Shown here: positions 29,438 to 38,931 of the stretch, one piece after another
Layout of the letters: every line of letters starts with the position of its first letter
How positions within the stretch are numbered: position 1 is the stretch's first letter
Assembly: GCA_963822975.1 (NCBI GenBank)
Contig: CAWGJV010000027.1
Location: forward strand, 8,885-72,884
Source: an uncultured Alphaproteobacteria bacterium
GTDB lineage: Bacteria > Pseudomonadota > Alphaproteobacteria > Rhizobiales > Kaistiaceae
Length of the DNA: 64,000 nucleotides
Direction: 5' to 3'
Notes under the pieces: model-generated
Databases searched by the model: none
What the model was told of the DNA's origin: nothing
The model's input: only the letters and a program-made list of their open reading frames with translations
Position numbers and translations under genes: made by a program

Positions 29438-30968
29438 TGGAATCCGGGATGACGTGGGCGCCGCCGCTATCGCCAAGCGGCGGGGAGAGGTGCGTTGGTG
29501 TCTGGCCCTGCCGGCCGCCGCCGGTCTGGCCGGAGAGGTTGCCGCTGCCGAACGCCGCAGCCTGGGAGTCGGGCCGCGCGCCATCGGGCGACCCGGCCTG
29601 CGCGAGGTGGCGGGTCTCGATGCGGACGACCTTGGCGTCGTAGCCGTGGTCGCTGAGCAGTGCGCCGAGCGCAGCATCGTCGCGGCGGAGGCGCTCCGCG
29701 GTCTCCGGCCGCTCGGTCTTGAAATGCAGGGACAGCGACCGGCCGGTGAGATTCATGCGGATATCGAGCGCGCCGTGTTCCGCGGTCTCGAGGGTCACGG
29801 AGACGGTCTGGACGGGCCCGGGCGATGGCGTTTCGACGGTTGGCGATGGGTGCGCCGGGCCGCTGGTCTCCGCCGCCGGGGCTGTATTCGGCGGTGGCCC
29901 AAGCGAGGCGATCACACCTTGCGCCACGAGCGGCGCGAGACCGGGCGGATTGGCGGCCTGCGCCGGCGGCGCTGCGCTTGGCGTCGCCGCGGGGGCCGGC
30001 GCCGCGTGGTGTCGGTCGGCGATCCGGGGCTCACCGGCGTTGGGTTGCTTCGGGGAATCGCGCCGGACACGTGGTGCCTCGGGTTGTCGGGGCTCCACGG
30101 GCGGCAGACTCGCGTTTCTGATGTCGCCGGTATCGGGGTCGAGGTTCTCTGCGCGGATGGCGGACGGCGCGCCGGCTGGTTTCGGTGGCGGTGACAACTT
30201 CGCCGCAACACCGGGCAAGAAGCTTGTCGTGCGGCCGGTAATGGTGACGACGACCGGTTCTTTGGCAGCCGCGCTGGTCGCACCACTGGCCGCAGTCGCC
30301 GTGACGGCTGCATCGGCGGTCGGGTCCATGGCACGGTCGCCTTGCGGCGATGGTGCCGGACCCAGTGGAACCGTCGTGACCCAGCGGACTGGTTTTGCCT
30401 CTGCCAGGCGCGCGCTATCGGCTTGCCTGGCCACGGACGAAGCCGATGCGTCCGGCTGCGGCGTGTCTTTGACGGGGGACTCCGAGACGCGAAGCGGCGG
30501 CTCCGCCGGGGGCGTGCCGGTCGCGTCCCTGGACGGCACGTCTGGAAGCGGTGCGGGCGAAGCCGTTGCCGCGGCGGATGTGGCCGTGGCGGCGGCGACA
30601 TTCGCGCCGGTTCCGGCGGCCATGTCTGGCACAGCCGCGCCGTCAGGAACGTGGATGTCAGGTGGTTGGTCCTTGGCCGGTTTCACCGGCCTGGCGTGCT
30701 TATCGGCAGCCGGTTCCACCTCGGGCGCATCTCCGGCGGGCCGCTTGACGAGACCGCGCTGCTCCGGCGGTGCATCGGCGGCGTCGGACGCCGTTCGGGA
30801 TGCTTTGCCCGCGCCGGACACCGATGCCAGCTGGCTGAACAGGGCGGTGAAAACACCGCTGCTGCCTTCGCCTTTCGCTTCGTCCTTCGCCGGTGTCCGC
30901 TGACGCGGGCCGGCCGCATCGCCGGCATCGACCGCCGGGGCCGTTCGTATGTTCGGCGCCACGTTCAT
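29391..30968 (-). CDS. fliK: Flagellar hook-length control protein (FliK/MotD-like)
   Basis: 525-aa Pro/Ala-rich protein. Its C-terminal FliK-like domain reads ..VSVTLETAEHGALDIRMNLTGRSLSLHFKTERPETAERLRRDDAALGALLSDHGYDAKVVRIE... It follows motC with an ATGA overlap. The 3' end overlaps the SLT gene by 47 nt, so the exact stop is uncertain. Confidence 0.65.
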   Translation of the reverse strand: MNVAPNIRTAPAVDAGDAAGPRQRTPAKDEAKGEGSSGVFTALFSQLASVSGAGKASRTASDAADAPPEQRGLVKRPAGDAPEVEPAADKHARPVKPAKDQPPDIHVPDGAAVPDMAAGTGANVAAATATSAAATASPAPLPDVPSRDATGTPPAEPPLRVSESPVKDTPQPDASASSVARQADSARLAEAKPVRWVTTVPLGPAPSPQGDRAMDPTADAAVTATAASGATSAAAKEPVVVTITGRTTSFLPGVAAKLSPPPKPAGAPSAIRAENLDPDTGDIRNASLPPVEPRQPEAPRVRRDSPKQPNAGEPRIADRHHAAPAPAATPSAAPPAQAANPPGLAPLVAQGVIASLGPPPNTAPAAETSGPAHPSPTVETPSPGPVQTVSVTLETAEHGALDIRMNLTGRSLSLHFKTERPETAERLRRDDAALGALLSDHGYDAKVVRIETRHLAQAGSPDGARPDSQAAAFGSGNLSGQTGGGRQGQTPTHLSPPLGDSGGAHVIPDSNENRSPDRGTGGLYI

Positions 30969-32743
30969 TTCGCCGCCACCAGCGTCTGGGTGTCGGCGAG
31001 AGCCTGTTCGGCGCGTTTCATCACCGGGTTCTCGGTCGGCGTCGCACCGGCGCCGAGCGGCTCGGCGACGGCGACCTTGATCGCCGACAGGTCCGTGGCC
31101 GACTGAACGCCGTGCACCGTCGCCTCGACCACGTCGAGCAGAGCCAGGTCGGCGGTGGGCAACATGGCGCGGTTGAGCCCGGCAAGATCCTCGCCGGCGG
31201 TATCGACCAGCTTCGGCAGCGCAGCCAGGGCGGCGGCGTGATAGAGCCGCGCGCGCGCCTCCTGCACCGATCCGGCGAGGGCGAGGCCGCTCGCCCGTTC
31301 GGCGGCAAGGCGTGCGGCGGTCAGCCGCTTGTTGATGCTCGAGGCGAGCGCCACCGTCAGATAGAGTTCGCAGCGCGCGTCCGGCTCGACCATCGCCAGC
31401 ATGTCATCGAGCCGCGAAAAGCTCGCCTCGCTGTCGATCGATTTCATGTGGCTGAGCGCCGCCGCGAAGCGAGTGCGGAAGTTGCCGGCGTAGACCGAGT
31501 GGCGGAAGCGGTCGAGGTACTGGCGGGCCAGCGACTGGATGGCGTTGTCGTCGCGCTGCTGGTCGGCGACGAAAAGCTGGCGGCGGATTGCCGCTTCCTC
31601 GACCAGCGTGCCCGGCGCGAGCAGGCGCGCCAGCGCCAGAAGCTGCATCGCCTTCGTTGGGTTGGACTGGACGACAAGCGCCGACTGGGCGATCGCCACC
31701 TGGCCGGCCATGCTCGCGGGGACGGCCGCCAGATCGATATCGGCAAGCAGGGGCGCCGCCGTGGCGCTGTCGCCGCTGGCATAGGCGAACACGCCATTGA
31801 CGAGGCGTTGATCGATGGCCGGCTTCGGGTCGAGCGCAATCACCGACTTGAGGATCGCCGGCGATCCGCCGATGAGGACGTAGGTGACGGCTGCTTCGGC
31901 GTTGCGTTGGTCCTTCCACGTCTCCGGATCGGCCTGGGCGAAGGCGCGATCGATCTCGTCGCGCAAGGCCCGCTGGTCCGTCAGCGCGGAGACGTCGCCC
32001 GCGGCCATGCGGTCCTGCAGGGACTGCAGGCTACGCACCAGTTCGAACGGCGCCTCGTCGGTCGTTCTCGGCGCGCCGGCCTTCGCGGTCGCGTCCGCGG
32101 GAGTCTCGCCGGAGATGGGCACATCGATGCCGGACGGCGAGGGAGCGTTCGGCAGCATGTCGTCGCTCTGGCCGAGATCGAAACTGTCCGGATCGCCAAG
32201 CAGGCTGTCGGATTGCGCGGCGACGACGACTTCCGGCTGGGGCTCGGATGCGGTTTCGACGGCAGGCGGTGGGGCGGCTTCCGCCGCCGGCGCTGCAGCC
32301 GCAGGTGCGGCGGCGGGCTCCGGCGCCTTGGCGTCGGCCATCGGCGTCGCGGGATCGATGGAGCCGGTAATCTCCGTGTCCACTTCAGGCGATGTCGCGG
32401 CGGCGACACGCCCTGCCGCTTCGGCGAGCGCGGCACGGCGGGCGGCAACCTCGCGCATCAGGTTGGGCGGGCGCAGGCGCGGCATCGGCACGTTCGCGAT
32501 CGTCTTGGGCCTTGCCGGCCGAGCGGCTGCCGGCGCGCTCGTCGGCAACAGGCTGATCGGATCGGCCGTCGCCACCGGCGGCTGTGCGGGTGGCGCGTCC
32601 GAGAACAGGCGAAGGACGAAGTCGAGCGGCTGCCCGTCGGCGTTCGGCGGCGGCGCGGGCGTCAGCGTCAGCGGATCGGCATGGACGCCGGCAGCGCAGG
32701 CAAACAGCAGCGCCGCCGATGCCAGCAGGGACCGGCGCATCAT
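30965..32743 (-). CDS. motC: Periplasmic motility protein MotC-like
   Basis: 592-aa ORF with the signal peptide MMRRSLLASAALLFACAAGVHA, a Pro/Ala-rich N-terminal third, and a helical domain (..PFELVRSLQSLQDRMAAGD..YVLIGGSPAILKSV..). It is translationally coupled between motB and fliK, as in Sinorhizobium and Brucella. The call rests mainly on synteny. Confidence 0.6.
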   Translation of the reverse strand: MMRRSLLASAALLFACAAGVHADPLTLTPAPPPNADGQPLDFVLRLFSDAPPAQPPVATADPISLLPTSAPAAARPARPKTIANVPMPRLRPPNLMREVAARRAALAEAAGRVAAATSPEVDTEITGSIDPATPMADAKAPEPAAAPAAAAPAAEAAPPPAVETASEPQPEVVVAAQSDSLLGDPDSFDLGQSDDMLPNAPSPSGIDVPISGETPADATAKAGAPRTTDEAPFELVRSLQSLQDRMAAGDVSALTDQRALRDEIDRAFAQADPETWKDQRNAEAAVTYVLIGGSPAILKSVIALDPKPAIDQRLVNGVFAYASGDSATAAPLLADIDLAAVPASMAGQVAIAQSALVVQSNPTKAMQLLALARLLAPGTLVEEAAIRRQLFVADQQRDDNAIQSLARQYLDRFRHSVYAGNFRTRFAAALSHMKSIDSEASFSRLDDMLAMVEPDARCELYLTVALASSINKRLTAARLAAERASGLALAGSVQEARARLYHAAALAALPKLVDTAGEDLAGLNRAMLPTADLALLDVVEATVHGVQSATDLSAIKVAVAEPLGAGATPTENPVMKRAEQALADTQTLVAAK

Positions 32744-34201
32744 TGCGGCTCCTCCTTGATTAGGATCTCGATCCGGCGGTTCTCGGCCGCAAAGGGATCG
32801 GCGGCATTCTTGAGCGAGCGGTCGGCATGACCCTCGATCGCCTCGATGCGCGACTCGGGCAGACCGCCGCGGGTCAGCATGTAGTAGGCCATGTGGGCGC
32901 GCGCGGCGGACAGCCGCCAGTTGTCATAATCGGCCGAGTGGAAGGGGCGGCCGTCGGTATAGCCGCGGATGACGATTTGCCCCTTGCGATCGGAAAGGAC
33001 CTTGGCGATGCGATCGAGCAGGACAACCATCTTGCCGTCCGGCACGGCCGAGCCGACCGGAAACATGCTGTAGCCGGGATCGTCGGTCAGGCTGACGGCG
33101 ATGCCCTCCGGCGTTGCCTTCACCGTCAGGGCGGGCGACGCATCGGCGGCCATGATGCCCTTGACCGACTTCTCGATCGCTGCGCCAAGCGCCCGCGACG
33201 AGGCAACCTGTGCAGCGGCGACGGCGTCGGCCTTGACGTTCTGCGCCGGCTCCGCGGCCGACGGGCATGTCGGATGGCGTGGCCGCGCCGGGTTCGGGCG
33301 CCGATGCTGCCTCGGCCGGTTTGACGGCGTCTCCGGCCGGCGCTGGCGGGCTCATGGCCGCGGCGTCGGGGCGGGCGTCCGGCGGCGGCTCGGCCGAGCC
33401 CGGCGCGCCGGGGTTGGTCGCCCGCGCGGCCGGCAGCGCCGACATCTGCCAGTAGGTCGGATCGAACGGGTCGCGGTCGACCGCGCCACTCTCGACGCCC
33501 ACGGGCCGGGTATCGCCGTCGATGGCATCGGCGGACATCGGGTGGTCGGCGGTGAATTCTTCCGCCAGCTTGGCGAGTGCGGCGTAGGGGTCCTGGAAGG
33601 CGACCCGGTCGCTGATGCCGTTCCCGGGACGGCCTGCCGCTTCGGCGATCGTGCCCGCGTCGGCATTGCCGCGGGCCTCGCCACCGGGACCCGGGGACCG
33701 GTCGCCGGCTTTCGCGCCAGCGCCGGCGTCTTTCGCCTGATCACCTTGAGCCTTGGCGCCGTTTGCCAATTCCAGCCGGGCCGCCTCGGCAGCCGCCGTG
33801 GCGACAACTTCCGCTGCCGCCTGAATGGCGGCGGCGGCGTCCTCCGGGCTGACGCTCTTCGAATCGGAGTGACCGGCCGACAGCTTGAGCAGGTTCATCG
33901 CGGCGCCGGGAAGCTGGATGTCGTTGTGGCCCTTGGCCGCCTTGCCGTCCTGTCCGGGCTCCGGCTTGTTGAGCCCCTTCAGGTCGCTCGATCCCTGCGA
34001 CATGTGGATCGGGTTGAAATATTCCGAGATGCCTTTGCGCACCTGATCGTCGGTGACGTTGATCAGCCACATGATCAGGAAGAAGGCCATCATCGCCGTC
34101 ATGAAGTCGGCATGGGCGACCTTCCAGGCCGAGCTGTGATGCTCGTGCTCCTCCTCCTCGTGGCGGCGCACGATGATGAGTTCGTGGCCGCCGTCAGCCA
34201 T
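32740..34201 (-). pseudogene. motB: Flagellar stator protein MotB (long P/A-rich linker), 1 frame disruption
   Basis: The N-terminus reads MADGGHELIIVRRHEEEEHEHHSSAWKVAHADFMTAMMAFFLIMWL, with the plug/TM region and conserved Asp. The OmpA-like C-terminus reads ..IRGYTDGRPFHSADYDNWRLSAARAHMAYYML..AENRRIEILI. The switch is near 33265. Confidence 0.8.
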
Positions 34202-34818
34202 CCGGGCCGTCCCCGACCGCCGCCAGAGTGCGCTCCATCCAGGCACGGATGCGCGTCTCGATGGAGGTGTCGTCGACCGTGACCCGGACGTCGGCCGACT
34301 CGCCGATCACCGCCTCCAGCGACACCCCGGCGGTGGTGGCAACCGAACGCAGGCGCTCGACCAGGTCGGCGGGGCCGCTGACCCTGATCTGCGTGGCGTG
34401 ACCATCGGCAAGCAGCGCCGCCAGCGTCTCCGACAGTTCGTCGATGGCGCGCTCGCGGACCGCGCTTTCGAGAAAGCGGGCAAGCACGCGGGCGACATGG
34501 TGGCCGACGGTCTCGTTGATGGTGGCGAGGCCCGCGGCCAGGCGCTCGACAATGACGTCGGTCGTCTGTTCGGCGATCTGGCGCTCGCGTTCGCCGAGCT
34601 GGCGGGCATGGTCGGCATGGTCGCTGGCGCGGATACGCTCGAACTCGGCCCGGGCTTCGGTGAGTGCCGCATCGACCGCTTGCTGCACGATCCGACCGGT
34701 CGCGCGGCTGCGGCTCGTCCTGTGTCCCGGCGAGCGGCCGGAATGGCTTCTCCGGATGACTGCCGGGGAAGATGGCGCTGGCGAAATGGGGAAGGAAACG
34801 CGCCGCGGCGACCGTCAT
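34194..34818 (-). pseudogene. Conserved flagellar-locus protein, possibly FliH-like, 1 frame disruption
   Basis: The ATG overlaps the fliF stop. An E/R/A-rich helical centre (AEFERIRASDHADHARQLGERERQIAEQ) is followed by a C-terminal ..QIRVSGPADLVERL..ADVRVTVDDTSIETRIRAWMERTL that resembles the FliH C-terminus. The switch is near 34700. The assignment is weak. Confidence 0.4.
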
Positions 34819-36455
34819 CAGGCCGCCTCATCCTGGTGAAGCCATTGGCGCAGGATGGCGACCGCCTGCTCCTCGTTGTATTCGACGATCTGCTCCAGCC
34901 GCTTCTGCGGCGAGCGGTTCATGCGCTTGGTGACGTCCTCGATGAGGTTGAGATTGGCTTCGTCGCCGGAGCGCGGCTCGCTGGCGCCGATGCCGGCGGC
35001 GATGGCTGCGGCGGCGGGGCCGGCTTCGAGGGCGGGTTCCTGCGCAGCCCGCGCCGGCGCGGGCTGCGCGAGGATGGCGCGCACCGCCGGCCTCAGGCCG
35101 AAGAGGACGGTGATGAAAGCGAGTGCGATCAGCGCGAACGAATTGACGAAGTAGCCGACCTGGGCCAGCAGCGTATCGAAGATGCCGGGCGAGGCGGTGT
35201 CCTGCGGCGCGTCATTGACGAAATCGACCGAGGCGACCTTCAACTGGTCGCCGCGGTCCTTGCTGAGGCCGGCGGCGGCGCCAACCAGTTGCTCGATGTC
35301 CATCAACTGGTGCTCGACCGGCAGGGCATTGGCGCCCTGGCTGGCGACGCTCTCCAGGCGCGTCTTGTTGACCAGGACGGCGATCGACAGCCGCTCGATC
35401 TTGTAGCCGTCGTGCGAGGTCTCGACCGTCTTCGACGAGACCTCGTAGTTGGTGGTCTCCTCGCGCCGGTCGTTGGTCTCGTTGGAGTTCTTGCCGGCGT
35501 CGCCGCCGGTCTTCTGGTCCGGCAGGTTCTGCTGGGCGCTGACGGCCGCCTCGCTGGTCGAATTCTGGGCGAGGGCGTTTTCCTTGACGGTGCGCACCGA
35601 GCGCTCGACGCGCGAGTTCGGATCGTAGATCACCTCGCTGACGGTCGAACGGTCGAGGTTCAGACGCGCCGCTATGCTGACCTGGAAATTGCCGACGCCG
35701 AGATAGGGAGTCAGCGTCCGGCGGATCTTGTCCTCGATCTCCTTGTTCACGGTCTGCTCGACCATCGACATCTTGCCGGCCGAGGCGCTTTCGATGTCGT
35801 CGCCGGAGGCGAGCACCGCGCCCTCGGTGTTGAGAACGGTGACGTTGTCCACCTTGAGGCCGGGCACGGCGGCGGCGACCAGATGGCGGATGGCCTGCGC
35901 CGGAGACGTATCGGTGGGCATGTCGGTGCGGATGACGACCGAGGCGGAGGCGGGCTGCTGGTCGCTGCGGAAGGAAGCACGATCGGGCAGGACGAGGTGA
36001 ACGCGGGCCGCCTTGATGCCGTCCATCGTCAGGATGGTGCGGGCGAGCTCGCCTTCCAGCGCCCTGGTCTTGGTTACGTTCTGCATGAACGAGGTCAGCC
36101 CGAAGGAGCCGACCTGGTCGAAAAGTTCGTAGCCGGAGTCGGTGCTCTGCGGCAGGCCCTTCTCGGCAAGCAGCATCCGCGCCCGGGCGGTATCGCCGTA
36201 GTTGACGGTGACCGATGTGCCATCGGCGCTGACGTCGAAGTCGATGCCGGCGTCCTTCAGGGCGCCGCCGATGCGGGTGACGTCGTCGCGTGTCAGGCCG
36301 CTGTAGAGCAGGTCCTGCTGGGGACGGCTGAGGTAATAGCCGCCGAAGCCGAGGAGGCCCATGACGCCGAGGCCGACCACGGCGAGGGCGATCAGGCGGC
36401 GGGCGCCGAGCCCGGCAATGCTGGTCCACAGCTTGTCCAACGTATCGCGGCCCAT
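34818..36455 (-). CDS. fliF: Flagellar MS-ring protein FliF
   Basis: Intact 545-aa ORF: ..RRLIALAVVGLGVMGLLGFGGYYLSRP..LYSGL..ELARTILTMDGIKAARVHLVLPD.., with a C-terminal TM helix and a FliG-binding tail. Confidence 0.9.
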   Translation of the reverse strand: MGRDTLDKLWTSIAGLGARRLIALAVVGLGVMGLLGFGGYYLSRPQQDLLYSGLTRDDVTRIGGALKDAGIDFDVSADGTSVTVNYGDTARARMLLAEKGLPQSTDSGYELFDQVGSFGLTSFMQNVTKTRALEGELARTILTMDGIKAARVHLVLPDRASFRSDQQPASASVVIRTDMPTDTSPAQAIRHLVAAAVPGLKVDNVTVLNTEGAVLASGDDIESASAGKMSMVEQTVNKEIEDKIRRTLTPYLGVGNFQVSIAARLNLDRSTVSEVIYDPNSRVERSVRTVKENALAQNSTSEAAVSAQQNLPDQKTGGDAGKNSNETNDRREETTNYEVSSKTVETSHDGYKIERLSIAVLVNKTRLESVASQGANALPVEHQLMDIEQLVGAAAGLSKDRGDQLKVASVDFVNDAPQDTASPGIFDTLLAQVGYFVNSFALIALAFITVLFGLRPAVRAILAQPAPARAAQEPALEAGPAAAAIAAGIGASEPRSGDEANLNLIEDVTKRMNRSPQKRLEQIVEYNEEQAVAILRQWLHQDEAA

Positions 36456-36607
36456 CGGCAGTCGGCTCCCAGATCGAGCGGCGGCGGGTCGTGTGACCGC
36501 GACGCATGAGCCTGCCTCCGCGAAACGCGAGCGAACGGGGGCAGGCGAGGTCTCGCGTGCCCAGTTTCCGGTTCCAATCTTGCCTGGGGATTGCAGTCAA
36601 AAGGAAA

Positions 36608-36669
36608 GGGCCGCGTCGGCGAGACGCGGCCCTTCGGATTGCCTGCCGGACCCGGCGCTGCCGGGTCCG
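36608..36669 (-). terminator. Two tandem hairpins downstream of the flagellin gene (rho-independent terminator)
   Basis: The first is a 9-bp stem (36647-36655 / 36661-36669). The second is a perfect 10-bp stem GGGCCGCGTC / GACGCGGCCC (36608-36632), followed on the minus strand by TTTCCTTTT. Confidence 0.6.
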
Positions 36670-36681
36670 AAGCGGGTATGA

Positions 36682-37924
36682 CTAGCCGCGGAACAGCAGC
36701 AGGATGCTCTGCGTGCTGGCGTTGGCGATCGACAGCGACTGCACGGCCAGCTGCTGCTGGGTCTGCAGGGCTTTCAGCTTGGTCGACTCTTCCTCCATGT
36801 TGGCGTCCACCAGGGCGCCGACGGCGCTGGTGTTGGCGTCCATGAGGGCCTTCACGAAGCTCTGCTGGGAGTTGATACGGCTGGTCAGCGCGCCGAGCTT
36901 GGTCGAGGCCGTGGTCATCTCGAGCAGCGCCTGGTCGACGATCTTCAGGTTGTTCTCGACCTGGGTGTCGCTGGCGGCCGAGATATCGATGCCCTCGATG
37001 CTGCCGGTGACGGAGCCGGGCGCTGCCGCGAGCGCGGCGTCGAGGCCCATGTCGGCCGCCGACACGGTGCCGGTGGCCGCCGTCACGGTGGCGACGCCAA
37101 TGTCGAAATCGGCGGACGAGGAGAAGTTCACTGCCGAACCGTCAGCCGTGACCTCGATGTCGGTGACGCCGGCATTGGAGAATGCCTGCTGGAACACCAG
37201 GGCGAGGTCGTGGGCGCTGGCGATGGTGGCGGTGCCGAGGGCGGCGGTGGCCGTTGCGGCGTCGATGGTCACGGTGTGGGCGGCGCCCTGAGTCACCGTG
37301 AAGGAGAACGAACTCGTCGGTCAGGCCGACAGAGGCCGCCAGCGACGTCGAGGTGGTGTAGCCGTCGACCGAGATGGTCTTGTCGAGCAGGCCGGTGTTG
37401 CCGGTCTCGGTGTAGAGTGCGATGCCGTCGAGCGCGACGTTGATCGTGTCGAGCGACACGGTATCGCCGGAGCGCGAGAACGAGGCGACGACGTTGCGGG
37501 TTTCGCCGGCGGCGGCGACCGAAAGCCAGTTGTTGCCGCTGATGACCGAGCTGTCGGCGGTGCTCTTCATGCCGGCGAGCAGGCTGTCGATTTCGGTCTG
37601 CAGCTTGGTGCGGTCGGCTTCCGGAGAAGCGGCCGTGACCAGCAGTTCCTTGATCTTCTGGAGCGAGTCGCGGACCGTGTCGAGGCCGGTGTTGGCGGTG
37701 TCGACCGACGACTTGCCAAGGCCGAGGGCGTCCTGGACGGCGCCGAGCGCACCGTTGTCGGAACGGATCGTGGTGGCGATGGACCAGTAGGCGGCGTTGT
37801 CTGCGGCCGAGTTGACGCGCAGGCCGGTGGAGACCTGGTTGTTGGTCTTGTCGAGGCTCATGTTGATGTCGCGCAGCGTCTGCAGCGCGACCATGGCCGA
37901 GGTGTTTGTCAAAAGCGATGACAT
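36682..37924 (-). pseudogene. fliC: Flagellin, 1 frame disruption
   Basis: The N-terminus reads MSSLLTNTSAMVALQTLRDINMSLDKTNNQVSTGLRVNSAADNAAYWSIATTIRSDNGALGAVQDALGLG. The C-terminus reads ..LGALTSRINSQQSFVKALMDANTSAVGALVDANMEEESTKLKALQTQQQLAVQSLSIANASTQSILLLFRG. The two halves are in different frames, with a switch near 37305. Confidence 0.85.
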
Positions 37925-37957
37925 CGTGGCGTCCCTTCAGGTTGATGAAATTCACGA

Positions 37958-37980
37958 CATACCGGGCTTTCACCGGTATG
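37958..37980 (-). promoter_or_regulatory. Hairpin in the presumed flagellin 5' leader
   Basis: A perfect 8-bp inverted repeat CATACCGG / CCGGTATG with a 7-nt loop lies 34-56 nt upstream of the flagellin ATG. Confidence 0.35.
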
Positions 37981-38108
37981 GCGGGACGGCATCATGCCTT
38001 TGGGATGGCTGCGCGCGCGCAAGTGCGCGCGCTACCCCGAGCCCCCAACTCGCCATGGCGTCAATCTGACAGGGGAAGTTTACAAGTTCGTTACTGCGAG
38101 CGACCGGC

Positions 38109-38923
38109 TCAGAAATAAGACTGGACGAGTCCGCCGACGAGCAGGTTCCAGCCGTCAATCAGTATGAAAAACAGTATCTTGAACGGCAGGGCCAGCACCA
38201 CCGGGGGCATCATCATCATGCCCATCGACATCACCAGCGTGCCGACGACGATGTCGATGATGAGAAACGGCAGGACGATGAGGAAACCGATCTCGAAGGC
38301 GCGGCGGAGCTCGGAAACCATGAAAGCCGGGATGAGAACGCGAAGGTCGACCGGGGCGTCGGCGGCCGCCGTCTCCGGTGCCGGGGCGTCGCGGACTGGG
38401 CGGCCGCCTTCTTCGCGCGGCTGGCGTCGAGCTCCTCGAAGAGCTTGAGATCCTTGGACCGGACCTGGGCAATCATGAAGGTCCGGAACGGATCGGTGAT
38501 CTTGGCGTAGGCCTGGTCCTCGCTGATCTTGTCGTCGAGCAGCGGACGGACGCCGTCCTGCCAGGCATGATCGAAGGTCGGCGCCATGACGTAAAACGTC
38601 ATGAACAGCGCCAGGCTGATGAGCACCAGATTGGCGGGTGTGCTCTGCAGGCCGAGGCCGGAACGCAGGAACGACAGGGCGATGACGAAGCGGGTGAAGC
38701 TCGTCACCATGATCAGCAGGCCCGGCGCCACGGAGAGCACCGTCAGCACGACGACGAGCTGAACGATGCGGCCGGTGGCGCTGGCGCCATCGGCGGGGAT
38801 CAGTCCGTCGAGCAGGGCCTGCTGCGCGCCCGCCGCTGCGGCGCTGCCGAGGAGGGCGGCGGCGGCCAGTGAAATCCGCCAGATCCAGCGGCTGATCGTG
38901 GGTGTGGTGCGGCTGATCGACAT
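38109..38923 (-). pseudogene. fliP: Flagellar export apparatus protein FliP, 1 frame disruption at a homopolymer
   Basis: ..[59 protein letters not shown].. joins ..[45 protein letters not shown]... The switch sits at the G4 (coding-strand C4) run 38383-38386. Adding one C restores the frame. Confidence 0.85.
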
Positions 38924-38931
38924 CGTCCGGC

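Noticed and set aside
34173-36509. 778-aa plus-strand ORF, and similar long shadow ORFs (44804-47071 +, 50162-51898 -, 52132-53772 -, 12488-14155 +, 40235-41908 -)
   Set aside because: Each lies antisense to, or out of frame with, a well-supported gene (fliF, flhB/fliG, fliI, flgE, GHL6-like, flgI/motE). Each has the R/A/G/P-rich composition typical of non-coding frames in high-GC genomes.
37925-38108. Sigma-28-type (TAAA-N15-GCCGATAA) promoter upstream of flagellin
   Set aside because: The only TAAA-containing stretch (GTAAACTTCCCCTGTCAGATTGACGCC on the minus strand) has no acceptable -10 element. No fliA/flgM genes are present, which is consistent with rhizobial-type regulation.
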